Shown here piece after piece: positions 55,042 to 64,000 of a stretch of 64,000 nt of DNA (its first letter is position 1; each line of letters opens with the position of its first letter). Under the pieces are notes generated by a model that saw only the letters and a list, made by a program, of their open reading frames with translations, was not told the DNA's origin and searched no databases. This stretch comes from Mucilaginibacter sp. Its GTDB lineage: Bacteria > Bacteroidota > Bacteroidia > Sphingobacteriales > Sphingobacteriaceae. The DNA is taken from assembly GCF_028288185.1 (NCBI RefSeq), contig NZ_JAQBOF010000004.1, positions 177,187 to 241,186 of the forward strand. The letters run 5' to 3'. A program made the position numbers and the translations under genes.

Positions 55042-57613
55042 AAAAACCCTTCTTCCTGGTAACTCCCGGTTTACGCACCTTTTTATTTTCATTAACAGCA
55101 AAGCCATCGGCACCATATTGGCGGGCCATTTTGGCTATGCGGTCTTCCAGGCTTTCGGTGGTTAGGCGTTCGCGGCCCAGGCTGTCAACCATTATGGGGA
55201 AGGCAAATGGTGTTGGTTGCTCAATGGTTTTAAGGATGATGTTTTGAGTGACGATACGCTGCAAAGCTGCGCGTAACCTAAATTCTTCCAGTTGGAAAGC
55301 TAAAGCCTCATTATAAGCCTGGCGTACTAACAAGTTATCCGGCTCGTACTCACTAAATACGTCAAACAATAACGATGAGGATGCTTGCAAATGTTTGTTC
55401 TTAACCATTTGCCCGGGAAAGCCGTTAAATACTAATCCGCCAATACTGGCTATATCTCTAAAACGGCGCCGGGCCATTTCATTTGCATTTAGGCTATGCT
55501 GTATATCTTCCAGTAAATTATTAATTGAGAAAAAGTCGGCATCTTCCAGTACCTGCTCAATAGGCACATCTTCATCGGTTAATAGCTCAAACCCATAATC
55601 ATTCATCGCTATGGAGAAACTGGCGGGCCTTATGCGCGATATGCGGTAAGCCAGCAAAGATGCCATACCCTCATGCACTAATCGCCCCTCGAACGGATAA
55701 AATAGTAAGTGGTGCCCCTCGCGCGATTTAAACGATTCAATTAAAAACTCATTGCTTTGCGGCAAGTGCGATAATTCTTGCTGTAAATTAAACAACGGTT
55801 TTAAGGCTATTACCTCTTCATCCTTTTCAATGCCATGTGCCACCTCGTCCAGTTTATCCCTAAACACTGCGGATAACTGTGACGATAACGGCATACGCCC
55901 GCCGTTCCAGCTAGGTATCATCCCTTTTTTTGCTGTCGATTTTCTAACGTATGCACTCATTTCTTTTATCCGCACAAACTCTAAACTTCGCCCTGCAAAC
56001 CAAAAGGTATTGCCAGGTTTTAATTTGGAGATAAACGACTCTTCAACCGTGCCTAAACTGCCGCCGCTTAACCATTTAACCCGGATATTCATATCACTGG
56101 TTATGGTGCCGATGCTAAGCCTGTGGCGCATGGCTACCCGGCGGTTAAATACTTTATAAACGCCATTCTCAATCTCCACCTTTAAAAACTCATCATACTG
56201 CGCCAGTGTTTTGCCGCCATTGGTGATGAAATCAAGCAGCTGGTTAAATTCGCCCCGGCTCAGATCGGCAAAAGCATAGGTGGTTTTTACTTCTTTAAAC
56301 AACTCCTCGGCCCTGAATCCGTCCGATACAGCCAATGTTACCATATACTGTATCAACACATCCATGGTAAGCAGCATTGGGTCGCGGCTTTCAAATATGC
56401 CTTGTTTGATGCCTTGCTTTAACGCGGCACCCTCTAATAATTCTAACGAGTGCGTGGGCACAAAATAAGCTTTTGATACAGCCCCGGGATGGTGCCCGCT
56501 TCGCCCGGCGCGCTGCATAAAACGGGAAACACCTTTAGGGCTACCTACCTGTATAACGGTATCAACCGGCCTAAAATCGACCCCAAGATCAAGACTTGAA
56601 GTGCATACCACCACCTTTAACGCTTCGGCATGCAAAGCAGCCTCTACCCAATTACGCAACTCATTGTCCAACGAGCCGTGGTGCATAGCCATAATACCGG
56701 CATACTCGGGGTAATTATCTAATATGGCATGGTACCAGATCTCGGACTGTGACCGAGTATTGGTAAATATCAGCGTGGTTTTGCTTTTGCCCACTATCTC
56801 CATCACCTGTGGCAGCAGTTTTAAACCAATATGCCCGGCCCACGAGTAATTCTCAATATTGTCTGGGATGATGGATTGTATAACCAGTTTCTTAGCTAGA
56901 TTGGCCCGTATCATTTTTACCTTATCCCGTGGGAAATCATTACCCAGCAATACATCCGCGGCTTGTTCTAAATTGCCGATGGTTGCTGAAATGCCCCAGA
57001 TTCTAAGTGGTGAGTATTGAGTTTTGGGTGATGAGTCTTTGCTTCCGGCTTCCGCCTCTCGGCTCAAAGTTTTTAGCTTGGACAACCCTAGCTCTACCTG
57101 CACTCCCCGCTTAGTACCCAGCAACTCATGCCATTCGTCAACAACCAAAACCTGCAGGCTTTGAAATATTTTGGGATATTCTTTTTGGGCCAACATCAGG
57201 TGCAGGCTTTCGGGGGTGGTAAGTAGTACCTCGGGTAGTTTTTTCTTTAGCGCGGCTTTTTCAGCAGCGGGTGTGTCGCCGGTGCGGGTAGCAATTTTCC
57301 AGGGGATCTGTAGGTCATCACAAACCTCTTGCATAGCTTTCTTAATGTCGTTGGTTAGTGCCCGTAAAGGCGTGATCCACAACATTTGCAGGCCGTTGTT
57401 TTGGCGCGTTTTATAGTCGGGATGGTGGTTAATAAAATCGGCCAGGAAAGGCAAAAACAAAGCAAATGTTTTACCACTACCCGTAGGTGCGTTCAACAAA
57501 CCCGAATAACCACCCAAATAAGCAGCCTCCATCTCTTTCTGAAACGGAAACTGGTGCCAGTTTTTTTGCTGATACCATTGCTGTATAATTTTTTGCCCGG
57601 GGGTAATCATCAA
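55040..57613 (-). CDS. ligase-associated DEXH-box helicase (Lhr-core)
   Basis: APTGSGKT, TPLRAL, VDEWHE, SAT, HHGSL, TSSLDLGVD, QRAGRSGH. Confidence 0.93.
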   Translation of the reverse strand: MMITPGQKIIQQWYQQKNWHQFPFQKEMEAAYLGGYSGLLNAPTGSGKTFALFLPFLADFINHHPDYKTRQNNGLQMLWITPLRALTNDIKKAMQEVCDDLQIPWKIATRTGDTPAAEKAALKKKLPEVLLTTPESLHLMLAQKEYPKIFQSLQVLVVDEWHELLGTKRGVQVELGLSKLKTLSREAEAGSKDSSPKTQYSPLRIWGISATIGNLEQAADVLLGNDFPRDKVKMIRANLAKKLVIQSIIPDNIENYSWAGHIGLKLLPQVMEIVGKSKTTLIFTNTRSQSEIWYHAILDNYPEYAGIMAMHHGSLDNELRNWVEAALHAEALKVVVCTSSLDLGVDFRPVDTVIQVGSPKGVSRFMQRAGRSGHHPGAVSKAYFVPTHSLELLEGAALKQGIKQGIFESRDPMLLTMDVLIQYMVTLAVSDGFRAEELFKEVKTTYAFADLSRGEFNQLLDFITNGGKTLAQYDEFLKVEIENGVYKVFNRRVAMRHRLSIGTITSDMNIRVKWLSGGSLGTVEESFISKLKPGNTFWFAGRSLEFVRIKEMSAYVRKSTAKKGMIPSWNGGRMPLSSQLSAVFRDKLDEVAHGIEKDEEVIALKPLFNLQQELSHLPQSNEFLIESFKSREGHHLLFYPFEGRLVHEGMASLLAYRISRIRPASFSIAMNDYGFELLTDEDVPIEQVLEDADFFSINNLLEDIQHSLNANEMARRRFRDIASIGGLVFNGFPGQMVKNKHLQASSSLLFDVFSEYEPDNLLVRQAYNEALAFQLEEFRLRAALQRIVTQNIILKTIEQPTPFAFPIMVDSLGRERLTTESLEDRIAKMARQYGADGFAVNENKKVRKPGVTRKKGF

Positions 57614-57651
57614 TCAACTAACAAAATAGTAAATATTTTGTGATAGGTAAT

Positions 57652-57683
57652 AAAAAAGTCCTGCCGATGTATCAGCAGGACTT
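57652..57683 (-). terminator. terminator after the M16-like gene
   Basis: AAGTCCTGC/GCAGGACTT stem plus U-run on minus. Confidence 0.75.
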
Positions 57684-57708
57684 AATTTTAGTGTTGTTTA
57701 TTTCCGGA

Positions 57709-60561
57709 TTATTTCTTTTCGGGCAACAATATGATCTTAATTAAATTACCGGTATTTAAATAACGACCGGCCGCATATTTTACGCTTTGGATTGTTACTT
57801 GTTCCAGGTCCTGCACGTGACTAATTATCTTGTGTGGGTTCTGTTGGTTTTGCGCTGCCGAGCTAAGTGCTGCCTGCCAAAAGGTGTTTTGTTTAAACTG
57901 CGCTTGTATGGTGCGGGCTTCGCGTGTTACAAACAGGTTAACATCATCGGCGGTAGGGCCGCTTTGTTTTAATTTATCTATTTGGCTAAGCATATAAGCT
58001 ATGGCCTTGTCGGTATTGCTAGCGTCCGCTAAAAATGCCAGCGTAACTTTATACCTGCCTTCGGGGTTTTTAACATAGCTTATCCTGATGCTGGGCGAAT
58101 ATATGCTATTGCCATCTTTAAGTGAATCAACCAACCTGATGTTTAAGATCTCTTCCAAAGCGTCCATCTGTATATTGTTGCCATCGTTATACTCATAATC
58201 GCCATTAAAAACCAGTTGTACGGTTGATTTATCGCTTGTGCCTTTATATACGTTTTTGGTTATCTGCCCTGCAGGTGGATGGATACCCAGGTTTTTAAAG
58301 GTTTCTTTACTGTTGGTTGATGGCAGGCTACCTAAGTAGGTTGCCAAATACGGTATCATATCATTCACCGTAAAATCGCCGGTAAAGGTGAAGGTAAAGT
58401 TACTGGCATCCGCAAAGCGAGCTTTATAAAAGGTATAAGCTTTATCCAAACTGGCCGCGTCTAGTTTTTCCGCGGTAACCGGTATAGCCCTTGGGTTGTA
58501 GCTGCCTAAAACAGATAACATGGTATCCTGGTAGGCAGTACCCGGGTCATTTGCATTTTTAACTAATGCAGATTTGGCTTGGTCTATATAGGTTTTCCAC
58601 ACCTCTGTATCCTTACGCGGGCTGGTAAAATACAAATACAATAACTGCATAGCCGAATCGAAGTTATTAGCAGCCGTATACCCAGATATGCCTTGCGAAA
58701 TATCACCAATATAAGGCGTAAGGCTAAGGCTCTTATCGCGCAGCATTTTGGTTAATTGTGTTTGATTAAAACCGGCGATGCCACTAATACCAATTACTTG
58801 TGCTGCCATATTTGCTGATGTAAAGTCCTGGTCAGAAGCCAATGATGTACCGCCAAGACTATTCGCGCTGATCAGTATTTGATTGGCTGCAAATGCTGTT
58901 GGTTTTAATATAACTTTTACACCATTGGTTAAGGTAACTCTTACAATTGACAGCACACTGTCAATCTTCATATCTGCAACTTTGCCTGGTGTTGGCTGCT
59001 GCTCCATTAAAGGCGTAGCGCTATCATCAATATATGGTGTAAGCTCGCTGCCGGCTTCGGTTATCCATTTTAATAATGTTTGCTCGGTAGGCAGTTTGTC
59101 TTTTTGTGCATCGTTAGCTTCAATTAAGATAACACGATTTTGGTCGGTTATAAATTTAGCCGCCAAAGCGTTCATTTCTTCAACGCTTATTTTACCGATA
59201 TTACTAATGTAGTAACTGTATTCATAATCAATACCAGGTGTGGCTTGTTTGTTTAAAAAGCTGCGTTCATACTCACCTGCAAAATTTGCCGATGGCGTAT
59301 TGTCTTTTGCCGAATAACTGGCAGTAACCTGCGCCAATGCATTTTGTTTAGCGCGTTCTAACTCGGTTAAGGTAAATCCAAATTTGCGCACACGCTCGGT
59401 TTCGCCCACTACAGCCTTAACAGCGGCCTCTAACTTTAGCGGATTGTTTACTGCCGCGATGGTCGAGAATGCATCCTGCTTACCTATAAAATCAGCATAG
59501 GCCGATTGACCGTACACTATAGGTGGCGAAGGTATTTTTGTCAAATCAGATACGCGGATGTTTAACAACTGGTTAAACAGGTTTATCCGCATATTTTGTA
59601 AAACATCGGCAGGTGTTTTAATTATCATCTGCGGATGCTTAACTATTATTTGAAACAGGGTATACGGGTAAGCTTTATCTGTAGCCAGTTTTACAACGGT
59701 GCCGGGTGTCGGCGGCGCGCCAAATTGAGGTTGTGGTTTCTCTGGCACAGGGTTTCTTAATGGTGAAAAATTAAATTTTATTAGCTCCAGTATTTGTTTA
59801 GGGTCAAAATCGCCAACGGCTATTACTGCCTGCATATCGGGGCGGTACCAATCGGCATAAAAACTTTTTAGCGAGGCCGCGGTAAATGTATTAATGGTAG
59901 CCTCAGTACCTATTGGCAAACGTTGCGCATAGCGCGAATTGTTTAATACCACAGGCAGGGTTTGTTGCTGTAACCTATCTTCGGTAGTTTTACCGCCCAG
60001 GGCAACTTTTGCAGCTAATAATGTTTTTTCGGTGTTGACATCTGCCTCATTAAAAGTTATTCGAGAGGCCCAATTAGCCAATAAGCTAAACCCGCTTGCC
60101 AATACCTTTGGGGTGTCGGTTGGTAAGGCTAACTGGTAAACAGTTTCATCATACGATGTAAATGCACTGGTATCGGGGCCATATTTATTGCCCAGTTTGG
60201 TAAGATAATTGTTAAGCTGCGCTTTAGAGAAATCGCGCGTGCCTTTAAAGGCCATGTGCTGTACAAAGTTAGCCATGCCGCGCTGCGCGTCTGTTTCAAT
60301 TACAGAGCCGGCTTTGCTTACCAGCAGCAATTGTGCCTTGCCTTTAGGCTGGCTGTTTGCACGGATGTAATAAGTTAAGCCATTAGGTAATTTACCGGTA
60401 AGCACATTAGGATCAACCGGTAACACTGTTGATACCGATGGTTTGACAGCAGTAGTAGCTTTATGTGGAGTTGTTGGCTTCTTTTTAACCTGGGCAAACG
60501 CGCCGCCTGCTGTAACAAGCAAGGCTACAGCCCATAAAAGAATAGTCTTTCTAAAATTCAT
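57709..60561 (-). CDS. M16 (PqqL/insulinase-like) family protein, zinc motif degenerate
   Basis: LPNGLTYYIR, TSYDETVY, WYRPD, four-domain M16 layout; HxxEH appears as NFVQH. Confidence 0.9.
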   Translation of the reverse strand: MNFRKTILLWAVALLVTAGGAFAQVKKKPTTPHKATTAVKPSVSTVLPVDPNVLTGKLPNGLTYYIRANSQPKGKAQLLLVSKAGSVIETDAQRGMANFVQHMAFKGTRDFSKAQLNNYLTKLGNKYGPDTSAFTSYDETVYQLALPTDTPKVLASGFSLLANWASRITFNEADVNTEKTLLAAKVALGGKTTEDRLQQQTLPVVLNNSRYAQRLPIGTEATINTFTAASLKSFYADWYRPDMQAVIAVGDFDPKQILELIKFNFSPLRNPVPEKPQPQFGAPPTPGTVVKLATDKAYPYTLFQIIVKHPQMIIKTPADVLQNMRINLFNQLLNIRVSDLTKIPSPPIVYGQSAYADFIGKQDAFSTIAAVNNPLKLEAAVKAVVGETERVRKFGFTLTELERAKQNALAQVTASYSAKDNTPSANFAGEYERSFLNKQATPGIDYEYSYYISNIGKISVEEMNALAAKFITDQNRVILIEANDAQKDKLPTEQTLLKWITEAGSELTPYIDDSATPLMEQQPTPGKVADMKIDSVLSIVRVTLTNGVKVILKPTAFAANQILISANSLGGTSLASDQDFTSANMAAQVIGISGIAGFNQTQLTKMLRDKSLSLTPYIGDISQGISGYTAANNFDSAMQLLYLYFTSPRKDTEVWKTYIDQAKSALVKNANDPGTAYQDTMLSVLGSYNPRAIPVTAEKLDAASLDKAYTFYKARFADASNFTFTFTGDFTVNDMIPYLATYLGSLPSTNSKETFKNLGIHPPAGQITKNVYKGTSDKSTVQLVFNGDYEYNDGNNIQMDALEEILNIRLVDSLKDGNSIYSPSIRISYVKNPEGRYKVTLAFLADASNTDKAIAYMLSQIDKLKQSGPTADDVNLFVTREARTIQAQFKQNTFWQAALSSAAQNQQNPHKIISHVQDLEQVTIQSVKYAAGRYLNTGNLIKIILLPEKK

Positions 60562-60651
60562 GTTTAGTATTGAAAAAATATTTCTGCTAAGATGCAAAAA
60601 CGCAAAGGATAGTTAAAAAGTATTTTAATGCTGTTTTATGATTTAGGGGCA

Positions 60652-61767
60652 CTATACTTTAATATATATCTTCCTAATATACAGTATCCACATTAAAATC
60701 CAAATTAGCAGCATCATCACAATAGCGCAGAAAAGCGAGGCATTATAAGCCGAAAAATGCGGCTCGAAAAGTATCTGGTAAATAGACGAACCACCAATGC
60801 GGATCTTATTAATATAATGCGGAACAAAATCTGATAGCACATAAGCCGTAATTGCATTTGCACCAAACGGCAAAAAGAAGGATGTGAACCCCTTATATCC
60901 CTGCACATCTATCAGCCAATAAGAAAATGCTAACGCGATGGTCGACCATCCGCCTGCGTATAACACAAACGAGCTTGTCCATAATGCTTTGTTGATAGGG
61001 AAAAACAAATCCCATATCAAACCCAAAACAACTGCCGCTACACCATAGGTAAACATCCAGCTTACTTTCACGCTGTCATCGCGGTCCCTACGTTTTAGCC
61101 AGGTACCTACACGTATGCCGAATAACCCGGTTGCAATAGCCGGCAAAGTGCCCAATAAACCTTCCGGGTCCCAGGTATGCGATTCGACCCATAGGTGGTT
61201 AGGGGTAAAAATAATTCTATCTAACCATGCACCCATATTAGTTTCGGGGTTAAGGCTGGCGATGCCGGTATCAGGCACCGGTACAAAATTCATTAACAAG
61301 TAATAACCGATTAATAGGATAACAAATAGCCAGTCGCGTACCCGTTGCGAGGCCTTGATATACAACAATGCACAGATAAAAAACACAACCCCAATGCGCT
61401 GCAATACGCCTGGGAAACGTAAATGCTCAAAACTTGGATGAAGGATCAGTTGTATAATTAAACTTATCGCAATTAAAATCACCCCGCGCCTTAAAGCACC
61501 CCACAACATTTTACCATGGTTGGACGGACTAGCCACCTTACGCTCCATCGAGTAAACTATAGATACCCCAACAATGAACAGAAACGCCGGAAATATCAGA
61601 TCGGCCAATGTACAGCCGTTCCATTTAGAATGTTCAATAGGCGTATAGATATGTCCCCAATCGCCGGGATTGTTAACCAGGATCATGGCGGCGACAGTAA
61701 TGCCTCTAAAAACATCGAGCGATAATAGCCTTGAGTTTTGAGTTGTGGGTTTTGAGTTTTTTGCCAT
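60652..61767 (-). CDS. NagX/HGSNAT-like membrane acyltransferase (DUF5009-type)
   Basis: RLLSLDVFRG, MILVNNPG, HSKWNG.TLADLIFP.F, PGVLQRIG, DPEG, PINK.LWTSS. Confidence 0.88.
   Translation of the reverse strand: MAKNSKPTTQNSRLLSLDVFRGITVAAMILVNNPGDWGHIYTPIEHSKWNGCTLADLIFPAFLFIVGVSIVYSMERKVASPSNHGKMLWGALRRGVILIAISLIIQLILHPSFEHLRFPGVLQRIGVVFFICALLYIKASQRVRDWLFVILLIGYYLLMNFVPVPDTGIASLNPETNMGAWLDRIIFTPNHLWVESHTWDPEGLLGTLPAIATGLFGIRVGTWLKRRDRDDSVKVSWMFTYGVAAVVLGLIWDLFFPINKALWTSSFVLYAGGWSTIALAFSYWLIDVQGYKGFTSFFLPFGANAITAYVLSDFVPHYINKIRIGGSSIYQILFEPHFSAYNASLFCAIVMMLLIWILMWILYIRKIYIKV
61733..61760. repeat. heptamer array, left arm of four-helix-bundle cassette (in nagX codons about 3-12)
   Basis: GAGTTTT GAGTTGT GGGTTTT GAGTTTT. 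Confidence 0.85.
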
Positions 61768-61779
61768 TTCGATAGAATG

Positions 61780-62139
61780 TTATTTCTCTTTTCTGATTTT
61801 TTCAATTAGAGAAATCAGCATTTTTCTAACTTCAGTGTTTTGTGAATTTAGGTTATTGAACACTTCTTCTGCCATAAAGTCTAAAGCCTGGCTTATAATT
61901 AAACAATTTTCAATTTCGTTAGTTGACCCAAGTGACACCTGGAGGAAATGAACTAAATCTTTTTGAGAAAATCTTCCGCATCCTTCAGCAATATTATTTG
62001 AAATAGATATGACTGCCCTTCTTATTTGGTTAGTTAAGCCAAACCTTTCTTCGGATGGAAATGTTGAAGTTGCTTTGTAAGTATTAATTACCAGTTGAAT
62101 TGATTTTTGCCAAACCAATAACTTTTTAAAATCTTGCAT
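61780..62139 (-). CDS. four-helix-bundle protein (23S rRNA IVP / TIGR02436 family)
   Basis: FKKL.VWQKS, FP.EERFGL..Q.RRA..SI..NIAEG..R, FL..S.GS..E. Confidence 0.93.
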   Translation of the reverse strand: MQDFKKLLVWQKSIQLVINTYKATSTFPSEERFGLTNQIRRAVISISNNIAEGCGRFSQKDLVHFLQVSLGSTNEIENCLIISQALDFMAEEVFNNLNSQNTEVRKMLISLIEKIRKEK

Positions 62140-62155
62140 GAATAAATTTAAACAA

Positions 62156-62197
62156 AAAACTCAACACTCATAACTCACTACTCAAAACTCAAAAATA
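62156..62197. repeat. heptamer array, right arm of four-helix-bundle cassette (contains nagB stop)
   Basis: AAAACTC AACACTC ATAACTC ACTACTC AAAACTC AAAAATA. Confidence 0.85.
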
Positions 62198-64000
62198 ATA
62201 CCGCTTAAACGCTTCCATAGCCGCATATTCCGCAAAGCCTAATTGGTCATAGCTTTCGGCAGTTTCTCTGTTACGATCTTCTGCTCTAACCCAAAACTCT
62301 CTTGCATCTTCGCCGGGGAAAACTGCCGGGTCCTTTTGCGATTGGTGCTTAAATATCGCCATGCGTTTGCGCATCACTTCATCGGGCGATAGGGGTACAG
62401 ACATTTCAATTTCGTGCGTGGCAAATTCAAACCAGGCACCGCGGTACATCCATAGCCAACAATCTTTTACCCAATCTTCGGTTTTTTTAAGCTGATTTAG
62501 GGCAGCTAAAATGATATTAAAACATACAATATGCGTACCATGCGGATCGGCAAAATCGCCTGCGGCGAAAATTTGATGCGGTTTAATTTTTTGTAATAGG
62601 TCGACAGTCATTTGTACATCAACCTGGCTAACCGAGTTTTTGGTGACCTTGCCCGTTTCATAAAAAGGTAATGCCATAAAGTGAATATGGTCGTCATGCA
62701 AGCCTGCGTAACGCGCACCTGCAATAGCCTCGCTTTTACGGATAAAACCTTTTACATCCCTAACCTCGGGCGTATCAATCTGGTTAGGCTGTTTTTTAGC
62801 GAAGAACGTGCGCATATCATTATGAATGCGTTTCAGCTTAGCAATATCATCGCCACGGCTTTTGTTAAAGTCGATAGCAAATTCCATGTAACGCAACACA
62901 TCATCATCCCAAACGGCCGTATTGCCCGATGTTTGGTAGGCTACATGTACATCATGTCCCTGGTCAACCAATCTGATAAACGTACCACCCATTGATATCA
63001 CATCATCATCCGGGTGTGGCGAAAATATAACCGAACGCTTTTTAGCAGGCTGCGCACGCTCCGGCCGCTGGCTGTCGTCCGCATCAGGCTTGCCACCCGG
63101 CCAGCCGGTTATGGTATGTTGTATCTGGTTAAATATGTCAATGTTTATTTCGTACACGGGGCCTTGCTCGGTAGCTAATTGCGCCATACCGTTGTTGTTG
63201 TAATCTTCGTCTATCAGCTTTAATATGGGCTTGTTAACCTTGCGCGATAACCATATTACGGCCTTCTTTTTAATCTCATTATCCCAAACACAATCTTTAA
63301 CCAGCCATGGGGTATCAAAGCGCGTTAATTCAGATGCGGCGGGCTCATCCAATACAAACTCTACATGCTCTGATAGTTGCAGGTAGGTAGCCGGTACCTC
63401 GCTTGATAATTCACCCTCTACCGCTTTTTTAATAATAGTGGCCTTCTTTTTACTCCAGGCCATCAATATTATTTCGCGCGCCTTAAATATGGTGCCTACC
63501 CCCATAGTGATAGCTTTTGTCGGTACACCCTGCTTGCCGCCAAAATCACGCGAAGCATCGGTACGGGTAAGGTCATCTAAGGTAACCAAACGCGTCCCCG
63601 AGTTTGGTGCCGACCCCGGCTCATTAAAACCGATGTGACCGGTTCGGCCTATACCTAGAATCTGCAAATCTAGTCCACCCAGGTCTTCAATCTTTTTTTC
63701 GTAATTAAGGCAAAAGGCGGCAATGGCATCCTCGGCTAGTGTGCCGTCAGGTATGTGGATGTTGGCGCGGTCAATATCAATATGGTCAAATAAATTCTCA
63801 TTCATGAAACGCACGTAGCTTTGTATAGCTGTGGGTTGCATGGGATAGTATTCGTCCAGGTTAAAGGTGATTACATTTTTAAAACTCAAATCTTCCTGTT
63901 TGTGCAGGCGTATCAACTCGGTATAAACCGCAATTGGGGTTACGCCGGTTGCAAGGCCGATGACCGTTTTTTCATTATTTGCTTGTTTACTGCGGATAAG
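62189..64000 (-). CDS. nagB: glucosamine-6-phosphate deaminase, long Bacteroidota form with PIG-L-like C-terminal domain (5' end beyond window)
   Basis: Frame open to the window edge (IGLATGVTP), FNLDEY, LGIGRTGHIGFNEPGS, FSPHPDDDVISMGG, HQSQ. Confidence 0.93.
   Translation of the reverse strand, partial: LIRSKQANNEKTVIGLATGVTPIAVYTELIRLHKQEDLSFKNVITFNLDEYYPMQPTAIQSYVRFMNENLFDHIDIDRANIHIPDGTLAEDAIAAFCLNYEKKIEDLGGLDLQILGIGRTGHIGFNEPGSAPNSGTRLVTLDDLTRTDASRDFGGKQGVPTKAITMGVGTIFKAREIILMAWSKKKATIIKKAVEGELSSEVPATYLQLSEHVEFVLDEPAASELTRFDTPWLVKDCVWDNEIKKKAVIWLSRKVNKPILKLIDEDYNNNGMAQLATEQGPVYEINIDIFNQIQHTITGWPGGKPDADDSQRPERAQPAKKRSVIFSPHPDDDVISMGGTFIRLVDQGHDVHVAYQTSGNTAVWDDDVLRYMEFAIDFNKSRGDDIAKLKRIHNDMRTFFAKKQPNQIDTPEVRDVKGFIRKSEAIAGARYAGLHDDHIHFMALPFYETGKVTKNSVSQVDVQMTVDLLQKIKPHQIFAAGDFADPHGTHIVCFNIILAALNQLKKTEDWVKDCWLWMYRGAWFEFATHEIEMSVPLSPDEVMRKRMAIFKHQSQKDPAVFPGEDAREFWVRAEDRNRETAESYDQLGFAEYAAMEAFKRYYF

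Noticed and set aside
61780-62139. Diversity-generating retroelement (Avd-like fold)
   Set aside because: No reverse transcriptase and no TR/VR pair with adenine-specific mismatches was seen in the window.
1744-62197. Heptamer arrays as CRISPR arrays
   Set aside because: Units are 7 nt with no unique spacers, and there are no cas genes.
1455-63638. The many other 60-180 aa ORFs nested in or antisense to long genes
   Set aside because: Shadows of well-supported CDSs, with no independent signals.
3228-64000. Peptidoglycan/amino-sugar recycling super-cluster (murQ, S41 proteases, NlpC/P60, nagB, nagX)
   Set aside because: The genes are scattered over 60 kb among unrelated loci, with no shared operon or motif evidence.

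Overview
Chromosomal window from a Bacteroidota bacterium. Gene content, TAnnTTTG-type promoters and repeat families point to Sphingobacteriaceae (Mucilaginibacter-like); this is inferred from sequence style only. Most of the window is housekeeping: tRNA-fMet, era, der, murQ, metH-metF under a SAM-I/IV-type riboswitch, thrABC under a Thr-rich leader-peptide attenuator, rsgA, a FadL/GDSL pair, ligase-associated exonuclease/ligase/helicase genes, two S41 proteases, fabD/folE/PTPS, mqnB/mqnD, hflX, pdhA/pdhC and nagB/nagX. Small accessory insertions include a Fic protein, an AT-rich three-gene Panacea toxin-antitoxin operon, a RES-domain gene bracketed by a 64-bp duplication of the rsgA 3' end, a solitary PIN-like gene and a ParE-type TA pair. 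The most striking unexplained structure is a dispersed family of inverted arrays of about five 7-nt repeats. They form long hairpins filling intergenic gaps, occur in frame inside genes, and in one case enclose a four-helix-bundle (23S-IVP/Avd-like) gene whose arms nearly match an 'empty' site between era and der. No CRISPR array, integrase, transposase, reverse transcriptase or rRNA was seen.
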